A stretch of 64,000 nucleotides of DNA from an uncultured delta proteobacterium (GTDB lineage: Bacteria > Desulfobacterota > Binatia > DP-6), in the NCBI GenBank assembly GCA_963815115.1, contig CAWFFN010000005.1, positions 1,536,001 through 1,600,000 of the forward strand. The letters run 5' to 3'. The notes below the pieces were generated by a model. That model did not search any database, was not told the origin of the DNA, and saw only the letters and a program-made list of their open reading frames with translations. The stretch's first letter is position 1. Each line of letters opens with the position of its first letter. Below are positions 48,596 to 60,151 of the stretch, one piece after another. The position numbers were made by a program, and so were the translations under genes.

Positions 48596-50181
48596 CTAGC
48601 GTACGGTGAAGATCCCCGGCAGGGATTCGGCACCCGGCCCCGGCAGGCCGGCGGCGGCGTCCAGCAGGGGGTGCCGGTGCTCGCGTGGCAGTACGTCGAC
48701 ACCAGCGTCACGCTCGCCCCGACCCCGGGATCGAGCAGCCCGGCGGGAGACCCGATGAGCGTGATCTCGCGACAGCTCGGCTTGCCGAAGCACCCCGCCT
48801 GAAACTGACCCGGACAGAAGAGTCCGGTTGGACTGATCTTCTGGGCGGTCCCGGTGGTGAGTGGCGAAAGATCGAGGGCAGTTGGACCGACGCGATTGCC
48901 GTCGACACAGCCGTCGCCCGGCCCGCAGGGAAGACCCGGGCCGACACCCCCGGTGGGACAGTCGCGCGTCAGCCCGTGCGAGTTCGTCGAGGCACACGCA
49001 CTGCCCGCTCGCGGGCCCCGGTCGCAGGTCCCCGTTCCCGGGCTCCCTGGCGAGCCCGTCGCCGAACAGCGCGGGCAGGGCTGGAATACGTTGCCGGTGA
49101 CATACACGTCCGAGGTGAGCCCGACGGACATCGTCGAGCTGCCGGTGGTGAGATCCAGCGTCCCACTCGCCGGGGCGCTCCAGGATCTCATCGTGCAGGT
49201 CGAGAGGTACACGATGGTCGGATTCGGGGTGGGTACGGGCGTCCCGAAGGCGCAGCCGGTGTCGGTGCAGTCCGGGTCGGCGCTGTCGGGAGCGGGAGGC
49301 GTGGACGTTGCGCCGGCCGTGCAGCTCGCACCGGCGCAGTCGAGCGTGAAGCGGCTGGTCGACCCGTCGGGCAAGGAGGTCTCGGGCTGAACAGAGTTGC
49401 CGTCGCCGAGGTCGCTGCTGCCACAGACGAGGCTCGCGACCAGCGTTGCCGAGCCGTCGCGCGTGGTGCCGCAGAAGCCGCCACCGGCAGCGAGCGTGAA
49501 GTCGAGGATCGTCACGGGGCGCAGGGCGCCATTGACATCCCGGGCGAAGTCATCGGCCAGCGTCTCGAGCGCGCCGGCGTCAGCGAAGGTCTGGCAGGGC
49601 GAGGCGCCGGTGAGCGGAAACTTTGCCTCCAGCTTGGCGAAGCAGCCCCGTGTGGGTGTGCTTCCTCCGTCGAATTTGTCCTGTGCCTTCTGGAGACAGA
49701 CCGGATCGGCAGCGACGTCCCGCGCGGCGGCCTTCTGATAGCACGCCAGCAGCTCCTTCACCTTGGTTGCCGCGCACTTCTTCTTGCCCGCGCCGCATCG
49801 ATCGAGCACGGGCGTGGGGAACTGCGGGTCGACGGCGGCGACGACGCTGGCGACGAAGTCGTCGACCGTGGTTGCCAGCATGCTCGCGTCACCCGTCGTG
49901 GCGCACGGCGGTCGCGCTTCGGCCTTCTCCATGCACCCCTTCGCGGTGAGGGGGTCGGAGAACTTGGCCTCCGCCCGGGCGACGCACGACGGGTCGACCG
50001 CCGTGCCGCGGGCCTCGGCTTTGGCGTGGCAGAGGAGAAGGTCCGCTTCCCTGCTGGTGGCGCACCTGATCTTCGCGGCGGAGCACCTCGCCGTGACGGG
50101 CTCTGCTCGCGCGTCACGCGCGCCCGTCGAGAACACTGCCGCCGAGACCGCGAACGCTACGAGCATCGCCCAGCGCTGCAT
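48596..50181 (-). CDS. Secreted Cys-rich protein with duplicated helical N-terminal repeat (frameshift at ~48669)
   Basis: Signal peptide ending ARA; two ~95-aa C..AK..C...LL.C..KA....DP.C..(K/R)A..KF repeats; one extra base in the G run at 48667-48671 gives ...TPLLDAAAGLPGPGAESLPGIFTVR* and removes the overlap with tetR. Confidence 0.82.
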
Positions 50182-50368
50182 GTCCAGGTCCCCCCCGGCT
50201 GTACAGATGTTGCTTCCGCGAGTTGGCTGCTCGATAGACCAGCCCCGGGCAAGACGTCAAGGTGCTTTCGCTTCACTCCAGCAAGTGCATGCGTAGCATC
50301 CAGCGTCGTAGGGGCCGGGTTGGCGCGGCACTTGCGTCGCTGTCCGCGTTCCGTCTAACCCGGTCCTC

Positions 50369-51154
50369 GTGACCGCGGCGGAACGACGGACGGTTGCAGT
50401 GAGCGGCGCTGCCTCGGGCATCGGCCGCGCGCTGCGCGAGCGGCTCGAAGGCAATGGGCAGCGCGTGATCGGCGTGGACGTGCACGACGCCGAGGTCACG
50501 GTCGATCTCTCTTCGGAGGCCGGACGTGCAGCGGCCGTCCGCGGCGTGCTGGACGCCTGTGCCGGCAGCCTCGACGGGGTGGTGGCGTGCGCCGGCCTCG
50601 GCCCGCAGCACGACGATCCCGCGGCCATCGTGTCGGTCAACTACTTCGGCGCGATCGCGCTCCTCGACGGCCTCCGCGACGCGCTCGCCGCGGGGCGCGC
50701 TCCCGCGGCCGTCGCGGTGTCGTCGAACTCGGCCACGATCAGTCCCGGCGCCGATGGTTCGCTCGCCGGTGCCTGTCGCGAGGGCGACGAGGTGGCTGCG
50801 CGTCGCGAGGCGGCGGCTCGCGACGGACTGTCCGCCTACGCCGGCGCCAAGCTCGCCCTGGCCCGCTGGGTGCGGCGGACGGCCACGCAGGGCCTCTGGG
50901 CGGGACGCGGCATCCGGTTGAACGCCGTCGCGCCGGGCGCGACGTTGACCCCGCTGCTTCAGGGCGGCCTCGACCACCCCACCCTGGGTGCGGCGATTCG
51001 TGGCTTCCCGATCCCGCTCGGCGGCTTCGGCGACCCCGGCCGCGTGGCAGCGGCAATCGCGTTCCTGCTCGGGCCCGACGCCGCCTTCTGCTGCGGTACG
51101 GTGCTGTTCGTCGACGGTGGCTCGGACGCGCTCCTGCGGCCGGACGCCCTGTAG
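50369..51154 (+). CDS. SDR oxidoreductase (3-alpha-hydroxysteroid dehydrogenase-like)
   Basis: SGAASGIG, SVNYFG, YAGAK, RLNAVAPG.T.TPLL, VDGG. Confidence 0.92.
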   Translation: MTAAERRTVAVSGAASGIGRALRERLEGNGQRVIGVDVHDAEVTVDLSSEAGRAAAVRGVLDACAGSLDGVVACAGLGPQHDDPAAIVSVNYFGAIALLDGLRDALAAGRAPAAVAVSSNSATISPGADGSLAGACREGDEVAARREAAARDGLSAYAGAKLALARWVRRTATQGLWAGRGIRLNAVAPGATLTPLLQGGLDHPTLGAAIRGFPIPLGGFGDPGRVAAAIAFLLGPDAAFCCGTVLFVDGGSDALLRPDAL

Positions 51155-51510
51155 CGTCGAATCGCCGAGTGCGGCCGGCCGATTGCCCCCGGGTCGGCGC
51201 GGGCGGGGTCACGAGATCCCTGATCACCACGGGTAGGGCTCAGCGCGACGGACGGACCATCGGGAACATCGGCGCCGCGTCGTGCCGATCAGGCGTGCGG
51301 CTCGATGCCCGACGCAAGGTGACCGTCGTGGAGCCCAGACGGCGAGGCCGGCAGGTACGAGCGACGCGACAAGGGCCTCGTACTCGGCCGCGTCCTGCGA
51401 AGCGACCCGATCGCGGCATCCCGCTACCGCCCGACCGTCTCGCACGCATCCGCTCGAGCCGCGCTTGCCTAGCCAGCTCGGACGCGCGTTCCGTGGTGAG
51501 AGGGAGCGTC

Positions 51511-52818
51511 CTACTGCCGCAAGGTGCCGACGCGAGCGTGAAGATCGTCGAACAAGACCTGGAGCGCCGCGACGCAGTTCGGTGAGAGCTTCCTGGCCAC
51601 CTTGTGCTTGCCGACGGTCCGTCCGAGCTTCCCGAAACGCTTGGACGCGTGCCCGAACCCCCGGCGCGCCTTCTTGCCGGTGGCGCTCGCGGCCGAATCG
51701 GCCGTCGCGCACGCCTTCGGGAATCCGTTCGTGACCGATGCCGGCAGTGCCAGGCCGGCGCACACCGATGGGATGCCGGCCGCACATTCGCAATCGATCA
51801 CGTCGATTCCGCTGCGGTCTCCACAGCCCGCGCCGGGAAGCGTCGTGGTGGTCGTGCTCGTCGTATTTCCGACGAGCGTCGTCGTGGTCGTGCTCGACGT
51901 GGTCGTCGCCGTCGTCACCAGCAGGTTGTCCACGATCAACCCCGAGTCGGAGCTCACGCTGTAGCCGGGCGGCAGGTTGAAGACCGGCCCGGTGCTGGGG
52001 AGCTTCAACGTGTGGAACGCGTCGCCCGATAGCAAGATGCTGGACGTGGGGTCGAGCTCTCCGAGGTGCGCCACGGTCGTCCCCCTCATCTCCAGCTCGA
52101 GCGTGAGCGTCACCGGCGCGCCGAGTGGAACGCTCGCCGCACAGGCCGCGAAGTCTCCGTCGACGGTCGTCATGGACGCGGAATGGTCGGTCTCATCCGC
52201 GCTGATGTTGTGCATCACGACGACGCCGGAGGGGACGATCTCGATGCCGGGGTCTTCGTTCGGTTCCGGGAAGTCGCTGACGAAGAGATCGATCGCGGCA
52301 TGGTCGCCGAGGGCGCAAGCCACCTTCAGGTCGTTTTCGCCAGCCGCGAAGTTCACGGCGTCCACCGACAGGAGGGCGTCGATCCTCACGTTGAGGCTGG
52401 CCGACACGGAGGTGGCACCCGCCGGGCCCGTGAAGCGTAGATCGTCGAATACCATGAGCGCCGCCGCGTCCGTGTCGAAAGTGATCGCGGGTGGGGTGAC
52501 GGGGACGATCAGATGGCTGTTCTGGAGGACGCCGAGGCCCTGGCGCCCGGCGGTGGCTTCCCCGGTCGACTCCTCGACGACGAGGGCGACCGTCGAGCCG
52601 GCATGCGAGAGTATCGCGTGGGCCGTGTCGGGATGGTCGTCGGCCTTCATGTCGCCGGTGTGGGTCGTTGACTCGTTGGGGATCTCCACGGTCTCCGACC
52701 AGGTCAATCCCGCGACGAAGTGCGGCACGGCCCAGGCGCGTGGCGAGACGGCGAGACCGCTCGTAGTGACCAGCGTCACCGCCAGGACCGCAGACCTCGC
52801 GCGGCTGAATGACGACAT
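51511..52818 (-). CDS. Secreted protein with Thr linker and basic Cys-rich C-terminal domain
   Basis: Signal peptide ending AWA; acidic beta-rich body; poly-Thr linker; tail aligns by eye with that of 17370..20081. Confidence 0.85.
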   Translation of the reverse strand: MSSFSRARSAVLAVTLVTTSGLAVSPRAWAVPHFVAGLTWSETVEIPNESTTHTGDMKADDHPDTAHAILSHAGSTVALVVEESTGEATAGRQGLGVLQNSHLIVPVTPPAITFDTDAAALMVFDDLRFTGPAGATSVSASLNVRIDALLSVDAVNFAAGENDLKVACALGDHAAIDLFVSDFPEPNEDPGIEIVPSGVVVMHNISADETDHSASMTTVDGDFAACAASVPLGAPVTLTLELEMRGTTVAHLGELDPTSSILLSGDAFHTLKLPSTGPVFNLPPGYSVSSDSGLIVDNLLVTTATTTSSTTTTTLVGNTTSTTTTTLPGAGCGDRSGIDVIDCECAAGIPSVCAGLALPASVTNGFPKACATADSAASATGKKARRGFGHASKRFGKLGRTVGKHKVARKLSPNCVAALQVLFDDLHARVGTLRQ

Positions 52819-52911
52819 TCCCCCGGTCGGGCCGATACCATGCGCGGCGCGCCGATGTCGAGCTTGCGAGGTGCGCCGCGGCTCGATTCCCGCGAGTTCG
52901 AGAGCGTGGCG

Positions 52912-53607
52912 TCAGCGTGACCGGCGCCAGCCTGCCGCACGGGCCTCCGCTTCGGAGCAGAACCAGCGCTCGCCGTGTGCCGGGTCGATGTGTGTCTCGT
53001 CGTAGCCGCGATCTCCGGGGAGGTGGTACAGGCGCGCCCCTTTCCGGTTGATGTTGCCCTTGATGGCGCAGGCGCCCGGAACGGCGCCGCCCTTCGCCGT
53101 CGTCGACTCCGACCGGTGCTCTTCGCGCCACTCCCAGGGCGGCGTGAACGTGCCGCTCCATATGCCTCGCCTGGCTGCCCTCGCTGCCGTCTCGTCGACG
53201 ACGTAGTCCGTGCCGTAGCGACGATAGGCGAGCGCCCAGCCCTCGCGCACGAGCCACGCGCCGATGTCCTCTCCGGCGACGAGGCAGACCGCGACCGGCC
53301 GGCCGTATCGATCCGTGTCGCGCGGCTGGCAGCTGAGTGGACGGCGACCGATGTGGTCGGCCAGCGCGTGCGCTGCAGCCTGGCCGCATCGCCAGTCGCG
53401 GCCGTCCCGGTGGCATGCCTGCCGGCCTTCCGGGGCGTCGATCCCGTAGAGTCGGATGGGCCGACCGTGAATCTCGACGGTGTCACCGTCGCGTACCGTG
53501 GCGACGCCCGCGATCGGATCGGGTGCGGCCTCGGCCGGGATCGCTCCGAGCAACACGACGCCACCGAACACGGCTGCCAGCGCCAGCCGGGACCACCACG
53601 GCCGCAT
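52912..53607 (-). CDS. Secreted thermonuclease (SNase-like)
   Basis: DGDTV, IRLYGIDAPE, DRYGR, LVREGWA; C-terminal CAIKGNI..YHLPG..ERWFCSE. Confidence 0.93.
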   Translation of the reverse strand: MRPWWSRLALAAVFGGVVLLGAIPAEAAPDPIAGVATVRDGDTVEIHGRPIRLYGIDAPEGRQACHRDGRDWRCGQAAAHALADHIGRRPLSCQPRDTDRYGRPVAVCLVAGEDIGAWLVREGWALAYRRYGTDYVVDETAARAARRGIWSGTFTPPWEWREEHRSESTTAKGGAVPGACAIKGNINRKGARLYHLPGDRGYDETHIDPAHGERWFCSEAEARAAGWRRSR

Positions 53608-53653
53608 GCGCCCCTGTAGCGCAAACCGGATCCGGCGGCACGCGTGGCGGGCA

Positions 53654-53941
53654 TCAGGTGATCCAACGGGCCACGGCCTCGAACGCGGCCCCGGCCGCGG
53701 GGTCGAGCCTCACCTCGCGCACGTCCTCGAGCTTGCGCAGCTGGGCCATCACCTGCTCGAGGCGGCCGTCGTCGGCGACCTCGAGCAGCACGACGCTCTG
53801 CGCGCCGTCGCCGAACGGCACGCACAGGATGCCCTCGACGTTGAAGGCGCGGCGGGCGAACAGGCCGCTCACGTGCGACATGACGCCGGGATGGTTCCGG
53901 ACGGTGAGCCGCAGGATGGCGGGAGGGGTATCAGACGGCAT
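53654..53941 (-). CDS. ilvN: Acetolactate synthase small (ACT) subunit
   Basis: LTVRNHPGVMSHVSGLFARRAFNVEGI; overlaps the ilvB stop. Confidence 0.93.
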   Translation of the reverse strand: MPSDTPPAILRLTVRNHPGVMSHVSGLFARRAFNVEGILCVPFGDGAQSVVLLEVADDGRLEQVMAQLRKLEDVREVRLDPAAGAAFEAVARWIT

Positions 53942-55607
53942 GGGGAGCCTCCTCGATCATGTCGCGGTTGGCGGCGCCTGGCGGCACCATCGGGTAGACG
54001 TTGGCGGCGCGCTCGATGGGCACGCGGACGAGACAGGCGCCCGGCGTGCCGAGCGCGCGCGCGAGTGTGGCGAGCGGCTCGCGCGTGTCACCGAGATCGT
54101 GGCCGGCGATGCCGAAGCCCCGTGCGATCGCGGCGAAATCGGGCTCGGCATGGAAGCGCGACGCGTGGTAGCGGCGTCCGTAGAACAGCTCCTGCTGCTG
54201 GCGCACCAGGCCGAGATGGCCGTTGTCGAGCAGGATCACCTTCACCGGCACCTGCTCCTCGGCCAGCGTGGCGAGCTCCTGGATGTTCATCAGCAGGCTG
54301 CCGTCGCCGGTGAAGCACACGACGGGACGACCCGGCTGGGCGAGCGCGGCGCCGATCGCAGCTGGAAGTCCGAAGCCCATCGTGCCCAGGCCGCCGGAGG
54401 TCAGCCACTGCCGCGGGCGGGTGAAGGGATATGCCTGCGCCGCCCACATCTGGTGCTGCCCGACGTCGCTGGTGACGATCGCGTCGGACCCCGCCAGTGC
54501 GGCCGCGTGCCGGACGATGCCGTAGGGCGAGCAGGGATCGTCCGCGTCCGGCATGACGAGCGGGTACGCCGCACGGAGCGCATCCGCACGCGCCCGCCAG
54601 GCGCTCCGTGGAACCGTTGCCACCAGTGGCTCCAGGGCGTCCAGCGCCATCCCCACGTCGGCGACCAGTCCGACCGTCGGCTGCCTGATCTTTCCGAGCT
54701 CGCTCGGGTCGATGTCGATGTGGACGACGCGGGCGCGAGGACAGAACTCGGACACCTTGCCCGTGGCGCGGTCGTCGAAGCGGATGCCGAGACCGACCAG
54801 CAGGTCGCAGTCCTCGAGGACGAGGTTGGTGGACCGCGCCGCATGCATGCCGACCATGCCGAGGAAGAGCGGGTGATCGTGCGGCATCGCACCCAGGCCG
54901 AGCAGCGTCGCCGCAACCGGCGCCGACGTCCGCTCCGCGATCCGCCGCAGCGCGCCGCTCGCTCCGGCGGCGATGATGCCGGCGCCGATCAGGAACACCG
55001 GCCGCTCGGCGGCGTTCAGCAGCGCGGCTGCACGAGCCAGCGCGTCCAAGTCGAGCGCCGGAGGCGGATCGGGTCGGCCCGGAGCGGGAAGCTCGTCGAC
55101 CTGGGCCAATTCCAGCTGGACGTCTTTCGGCACGTCGATGACGACGGGGCCGGGACGGCCGGACGACGCGACCCGGAACGCGTCCGGAACCACCTCGAGC
55201 AGCTCGGCGGCCGTGCGCACCAGGTAGTTGTGCTTGGTGATGGGGACCGTCAGCCCGTAGGTGTCGATCTCCTGGAATGCGTCGGTGCCGATCATCGCCC
55301 GCGGCACCTGGCCGGTGATGGCGACGAGCGGGATCGAATCGAGCTTGGCGTCGGCGATCCCGGTGAGGAGGTTCGTCGCCCCGGGCCCGGACGTGCCGAA
55401 GCAGACCGCGGGCCGTCCGCTCGCCCGCGCCATCCCCTGCGCGATGAACGCTGCCCCTTGCTCGTGGCGCGCCAGCACGTGACGGATGGAGCTTTCGCGA
55501 AGTGCGTCGTAGAGCGGCAAGCTCGCGCCGCCTGGAATGCCGGCGATCGTGGTGATGCCCTGGCGCTCGAGCAACCGCATGAGCAATCGTGCCCCGGTGA
55601 TCTTCAT
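53931..55607 (-). CDS. ilvB: Acetolactate synthase large subunit
   Basis: GIPGG, RHEQGA, TSGPGATN, FQEID, DVGQHQMW, GLGTMGFGLP, GDGS ThDP motif. Confidence 0.96.
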   Translation of the reverse strand: MKITGARLLMRLLERQGITTIAGIPGGASLPLYDALRESSIRHVLARHEQGAAFIAQGMARASGRPAVCFGTSGPGATNLLTGIADAKLDSIPLVAITGQVPRAMIGTDAFQEIDTYGLTVPITKHNYLVRTAAELLEVVPDAFRVASSGRPGPVVIDVPKDVQLELAQVDELPAPGRPDPPPALDLDALARAAALLNAAERPVFLIGAGIIAAGASGALRRIAERTSAPVAATLLGLGAMPHDHPLFLGMVGMHAARSTNLVLEDCDLLVGLGIRFDDRATGKVSEFCPRARVVHIDIDPSELGKIRQPTVGLVADVGMALDALEPLVATVPRSAWRARADALRAAYPLVMPDADDPCSPYGIVRHAAALAGSDAIVTSDVGQHQMWAAQAYPFTRPRQWLTSGGLGTMGFGLPAAIGAALAQPGRPVVCFTGDGSLLMNIQELATLAEEQVPVKVILLDNGHLGLVRQQQELFYGRRYHASRFHAEPDFAAIARGFGIAGHDLGDTREPLATLARALGTPGACLVRVPIERAANVYPMVPPGAANRDMIEEAPHAV

Positions 55608-55652
55608 CGCTTCCTCCTGATGTCATGTCTGCGGGCGGAGGAGCGGGGGCCC

Positions 55653-55696
55653 AAAAAGACGAAACCCCCGCCGGCCTCGCGCCGGCAGGGGTTTCG
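55653..55696 (-). terminator. Attenuator terminator of ilvBN
   Basis: Minus strand CGAAACCCCTGCCGGC-GCGAG-GCCGGCGGGGGTTTCG followed by TCTTTTT, between the leader ORF and ilvB. Confidence 0.88.
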
Positions 55697-55719
55697 GATC
55701 GTGTCTGTGATCGTCCCCG

Positions 55720-55800
55720 CTAAGGCGCGACGGCCCCGGCTACGCGCACGACCACTACGACGACGGTGTCGAGCGGCAAGCGGTGACCGGCGGGGAACAT
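55720..55800 (-). CDS. Val-rich ilvBN leader peptide
   Basis: MFPAGHRLPLDTVVVVVVRVAGAVAP*; six consecutive Val codons (GTC GTC GTA GTG GTC GTG). Confidence 0.85.
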   Translation of the reverse strand: MFPAGHRLPLDTVVVVVVRVAGAVAP

Positions 55801-55859
55801 GTGAGGCAACCTTCTAGCGGAAAGCGCGGGCTCGATGCAAGGCGAAGCTTCGACGCACG

Positions 55860-56639
55860 TCAGGGGAAGCAGCGGGCGGCGGGATCGACCTCGCGCAGCC
55901 CGGAGGCGCCGACGACCCGCCATCCCGTGTCCGCCCGGCGCAGGTCCATCGGCCCGCAGAGGCGTGCCGATCTCCGGGGGCCGTTCCAGCGGACGACGTC
56001 CACGAACACGGCAGCGCGCCGGCCATCACTCCCCAGCAACCGGAGCTTCGTCACCTGGTGCGGTGGCCTCACCTCACGGAGGTAGTCCCGTACGACGGCG
56101 ACCTCGCATCCACCGGGCGCCGTGCGCCAGTCGGAGCACGTAGCGCGGGACGCCTCGCCAGCCGGCCCGCCGAGCACCAGCGTGCTGCGGCGGTTGTCGA
56201 TGCTCCACGTGCCGAGGCGGCCGAGGACGTTCTGCCCGAGCAGCAGGGGCGTGCCGGGACCGCTGATCGAGGCGGCCACCTGCCGGAACTCGTGATCGCC
56301 GACGCGCAAGCTCGGGATCAGGACCCGCCGGCTGCGGACGACGCGGCCGTCAGCGAGCCGGTACGAGCCACCGGGAAGGTACCTCGGAGGCGCCGAGCCT
56401 CGGGGGAACAGCGCGAACAGCACGTCCGAAGACACCTGCACGTCGGCGGAGCCGCTGTCCACGATGAACGGACGGACGAGCCAGCCGTTCAAGGTCACCG
56501 GCACCCGGTACACGGCGCCGTCCCGCGTGAGGGGAATCTCGCGGAGGGTCGCACCGGCTCGCCCGCTCTGGACGGCCAGCACGATCGCGGCGACGGCGGA
56601 GAGGACCGCACGCAACCGGTGACGCTGCCGCCGCCTCAT
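55860..56639 (-). CDS. Secreted retropepsin-like aspartic protease
   Basis: Signal peptide; YRVPVTLNG, FIVDSGS, LADG, LLGQNVL. Confidence 0.88.
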   Translation of the reverse strand: MRRRQRHRLRAVLSAVAAIVLAVQSGRAGATLREIPLTRDGAVYRVPVTLNGWLVRPFIVDSGSADVQVSSDVLFALFPRGSAPPRYLPGGSYRLADGRVVRSRRVLIPSLRVGDHEFRQVAASISGPGTPLLLGQNVLGRLGTWSIDNRRSTLVLGGPAGEASRATCSDWRTAPGGCEVAVVRDYLREVRPPHQVTKLRLLGSDGRRAAVFVDVVRWNGPRRSARLCGPMDLRRADTGWRVVGASGLREVDPAARCFP

Positions 56640-56744
56640 GGCGTTCCGTGACCACACGATGGCGTGGCGGTCAACCGGCCGGCCCGCGCGCGCAGCGGTC
56701 CGCGTGTGGCGATCCCGCCGCCGGTCCGCTAGGTAGGGGACTTC

Positions 56745-58442
<1,698 letters not shown>

Positions 58443-58522
58443 GGAGTGTCCGCACGGTCGAGCGCCCGCGCGGTCGGTCGGATTTCGCCGTCGCTACGGA
58501 AGGCTGGAAGCGACGGCCTCCC

Positions 58523-58563
58523 GCTACCTTTGAGGTAGCGCGCCGCAACCCGGAAAGTAGCGC
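58523..58563 (+). promoter_or_regulatory. Palindromic operator-like motif, copy C (four half-sites)
   Basis: GCTACC 58523, GGTAGC 58534, GCAACC 58545, AGTAGC 58556, each 11 nt apart; 124 nt upstream of 58688. Confidence 0.68.
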
Positions 58564-58687
58564 ATCCTTCCCTAGGTGCCCCTGGGCTGCAGGGGGGACG
58601 GCAGCGAAGAAGGACTTCGCGATCTGCCGGTCCGATGGAATCGCGCATGGCCTCGTCACCGGAGCTGTGCCTTGAGAAGGAGCGTGA

Positions 58688-59716
58688 ATGGGCAAGCGTC
58701 AGAGATGGTTGGGTCTTGGTCTGGTGCTGGTCGTCGGGATCCCGACCAGCGCCCTGTCGGCCACGCTCAAGGTGTCCAACACGGGAACGGATGGGCCGGG
58801 GTGTGGTGGGACCAGTCCCTGTCGATCGATCGGCCGAGCAGTGGCGAATGCCGCGGCGGGCGACAAGATCGTCGTGGGCCCCGGACTGTACAGCGACAAT
58901 CTGGATGGAGACCCGGGAGTGAGCGGGCCTGGCGAGGAGCCGAGGGGCGGGATCACGATCACGAAACCACTGCAGATCGTCTCCGAGCTCGGCGCGAGCA
59001 GCACGCTGGTCAACTCGTTCGGTCCGGTCTTTCTCGTCGAGTCGAGCGGCGTGACGCTCGGCGTCCTCGGCAGCGGGTTCACGATCGAGACGCTCGGCAA
59101 TCCCGTGCTCGTGGCCGGCGGTGGTCAGCTGGTGAACGTGCGGGTGGGCGGCAACGTGATCGTGATCGACGACCCGCGCGGACCGGCCGGGATTCTCGCG
59201 GTCAACACGCGAGGTCGGATCGAGCACAATCGCATCGTGGCCCCGGGCGGCTGCTCCTTCGGGATCTTTCTCGCCCAGTCAGCCGACTTGGTGACCCGCA
59301 ACGTGGTCCTGGGCTGTACCACAGGCATCTCTGCACAGGACTCGGAAGGGGTCCGCTTTGTCCAGAACACGGTCATTGGCAGCGGGTTCAACGTCCCGGG
59401 CGGCTTCGGGTTCGACTTGAACAGGGGGGCCGTTGCCGAATTCTCGAACAACGCCCTGATCGGGAACGGCACCGGTGTGCTGCTCGGCATGGACATTCCC
59501 ACCTTCCGGGGGAACACGTTCGCCGGAAGCAGCACCAACTGCGGCGTGTCCAACTTCTCCGGGACGACGCTGCACGCCGCCAACAACTTCTGGGGCGCCG
59601 CCACCGGACCGGGCGACGACCCGGCCGATACTGTCTGTAACTCGGAGGGCAGCAGCGCGGTGACGACGCCGTTCCTCACCGCCGACCCGACGCGGGCCCA
59701 GGCCGCGATCCGATAG
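58688..59716 (+). CDS. Secreted right-handed parallel beta-helix protein
   Basis: AAGGAG RBS; signal peptide; GTDGPGCG..SPCRSI..AV..A.AGD.I.V.PG.Y; N-x-(V/I)-x-G repeats; ANNFWG. Confidence 0.88.
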   Translation: MGKRQRWLGLGLVLVVGIPTSALSATLKVSNTGTDGPGCGGTSPCRSIGRAVANAAAGDKIVVGPGLYSDNLDGDPGVSGPGEEPRGGITITKPLQIVSELGASSTLVNSFGPVFLVESSGVTLGVLGSGFTIETLGNPVLVAGGGQLVNVRVGGNVIVIDDPRGPAGILAVNTRGRIEHNRIVAPGGCSFGIFLAQSADLVTRNVVLGCTTGISAQDSEGVRFVQNTVIGSGFNVPGGFGFDLNRGAVAEFSNNALIGNGTGVLLGMDIPTFRGNTFAGSSTNCGVSNFSGTTLHAANNFWGAATGPGDDPADTVCNSEGSSAVTTPFLTADPTRAQAAIR

Positions 59717-59727
59717 ATCCGATGGGT

Positions 59728-59755
59728 GTAGGGACACGGCATGCCGTGTCCCTGC
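59728..59755. repeat. GTAG-type REP-like palindrome
   Basis: GTAGGGACACGGCATGCCGTGTCCCTGC, near-perfect palindrome just after the stop codon. Confidence 0.6.
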
Positions 59756-59759
59756 ATGA

Positions 59760-59880
59760 CCCGGTGGCGCCGGCCCTGAAGTAGCGCGCAAGCTCGGCCA
59801 AGCGCTCGCGCGAGTCGTCGAAGCCGCGCGTGGGCGCTCCGCCGAAGGGCGCCATGAGCGTGTAATCGTCGCCCGCACCG
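59760..59880 (-). pseudogene. Internal fragment of a probable SnoaL/NTF2-like protein
   Basis: DDYTLMAPFGGAPTRGFDDSRERLAELARYFRAG; no start and no C-terminus; family assignment from memory. Confidence 0.45.
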
Positions 59881-59964
59881 TTTCCACATCGATACCGGCC
59901 GCTGAGTTGCCCCCGGGCCTGCGAGGCGTTTGGCGCCGCTGCTTCGCGGATTTCCGGGGCGACG

Positions 59965-60131
59965 TGTACGATCGGCTCTTCGCCGCCGAGGAGCCCGGTG
60001 GCGACGACGGGATGACCCAGCTCAACCCGGAGTCGCTCGAGGTGCTGCGCGGCTCCAAGCTCGAGTCGAGCCTGGCCGATGCGGCGCCGGACACCTGCTG
60101 GCAGTTCGAGCGCCGGCGGGCAGGGTAGGGA
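59965..60131 (+). repeat. Diverged direct repeat of the glnS 3' end with a 99-nt internal deletion
   Basis: Matches 58180-58445 ([14 protein letters not shown]...WQFER, then R.AG* and GGGA). Confidence 0.93.
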
Positions 60132-60151
60132 CTCGCCGCCTCCCGCCGTGC

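Noticed and set aside
51160-51500. Possible small gene between the SDR and the secreted protein
   Set aside because: No ORF with a credible start, RBS or recognisable motif
55860-56639. Retropepsin as evidence of a retroelement
   Set aside because: Stand-alone secreted clan AA proteases are common in bacteria; no RT or integrase nearby
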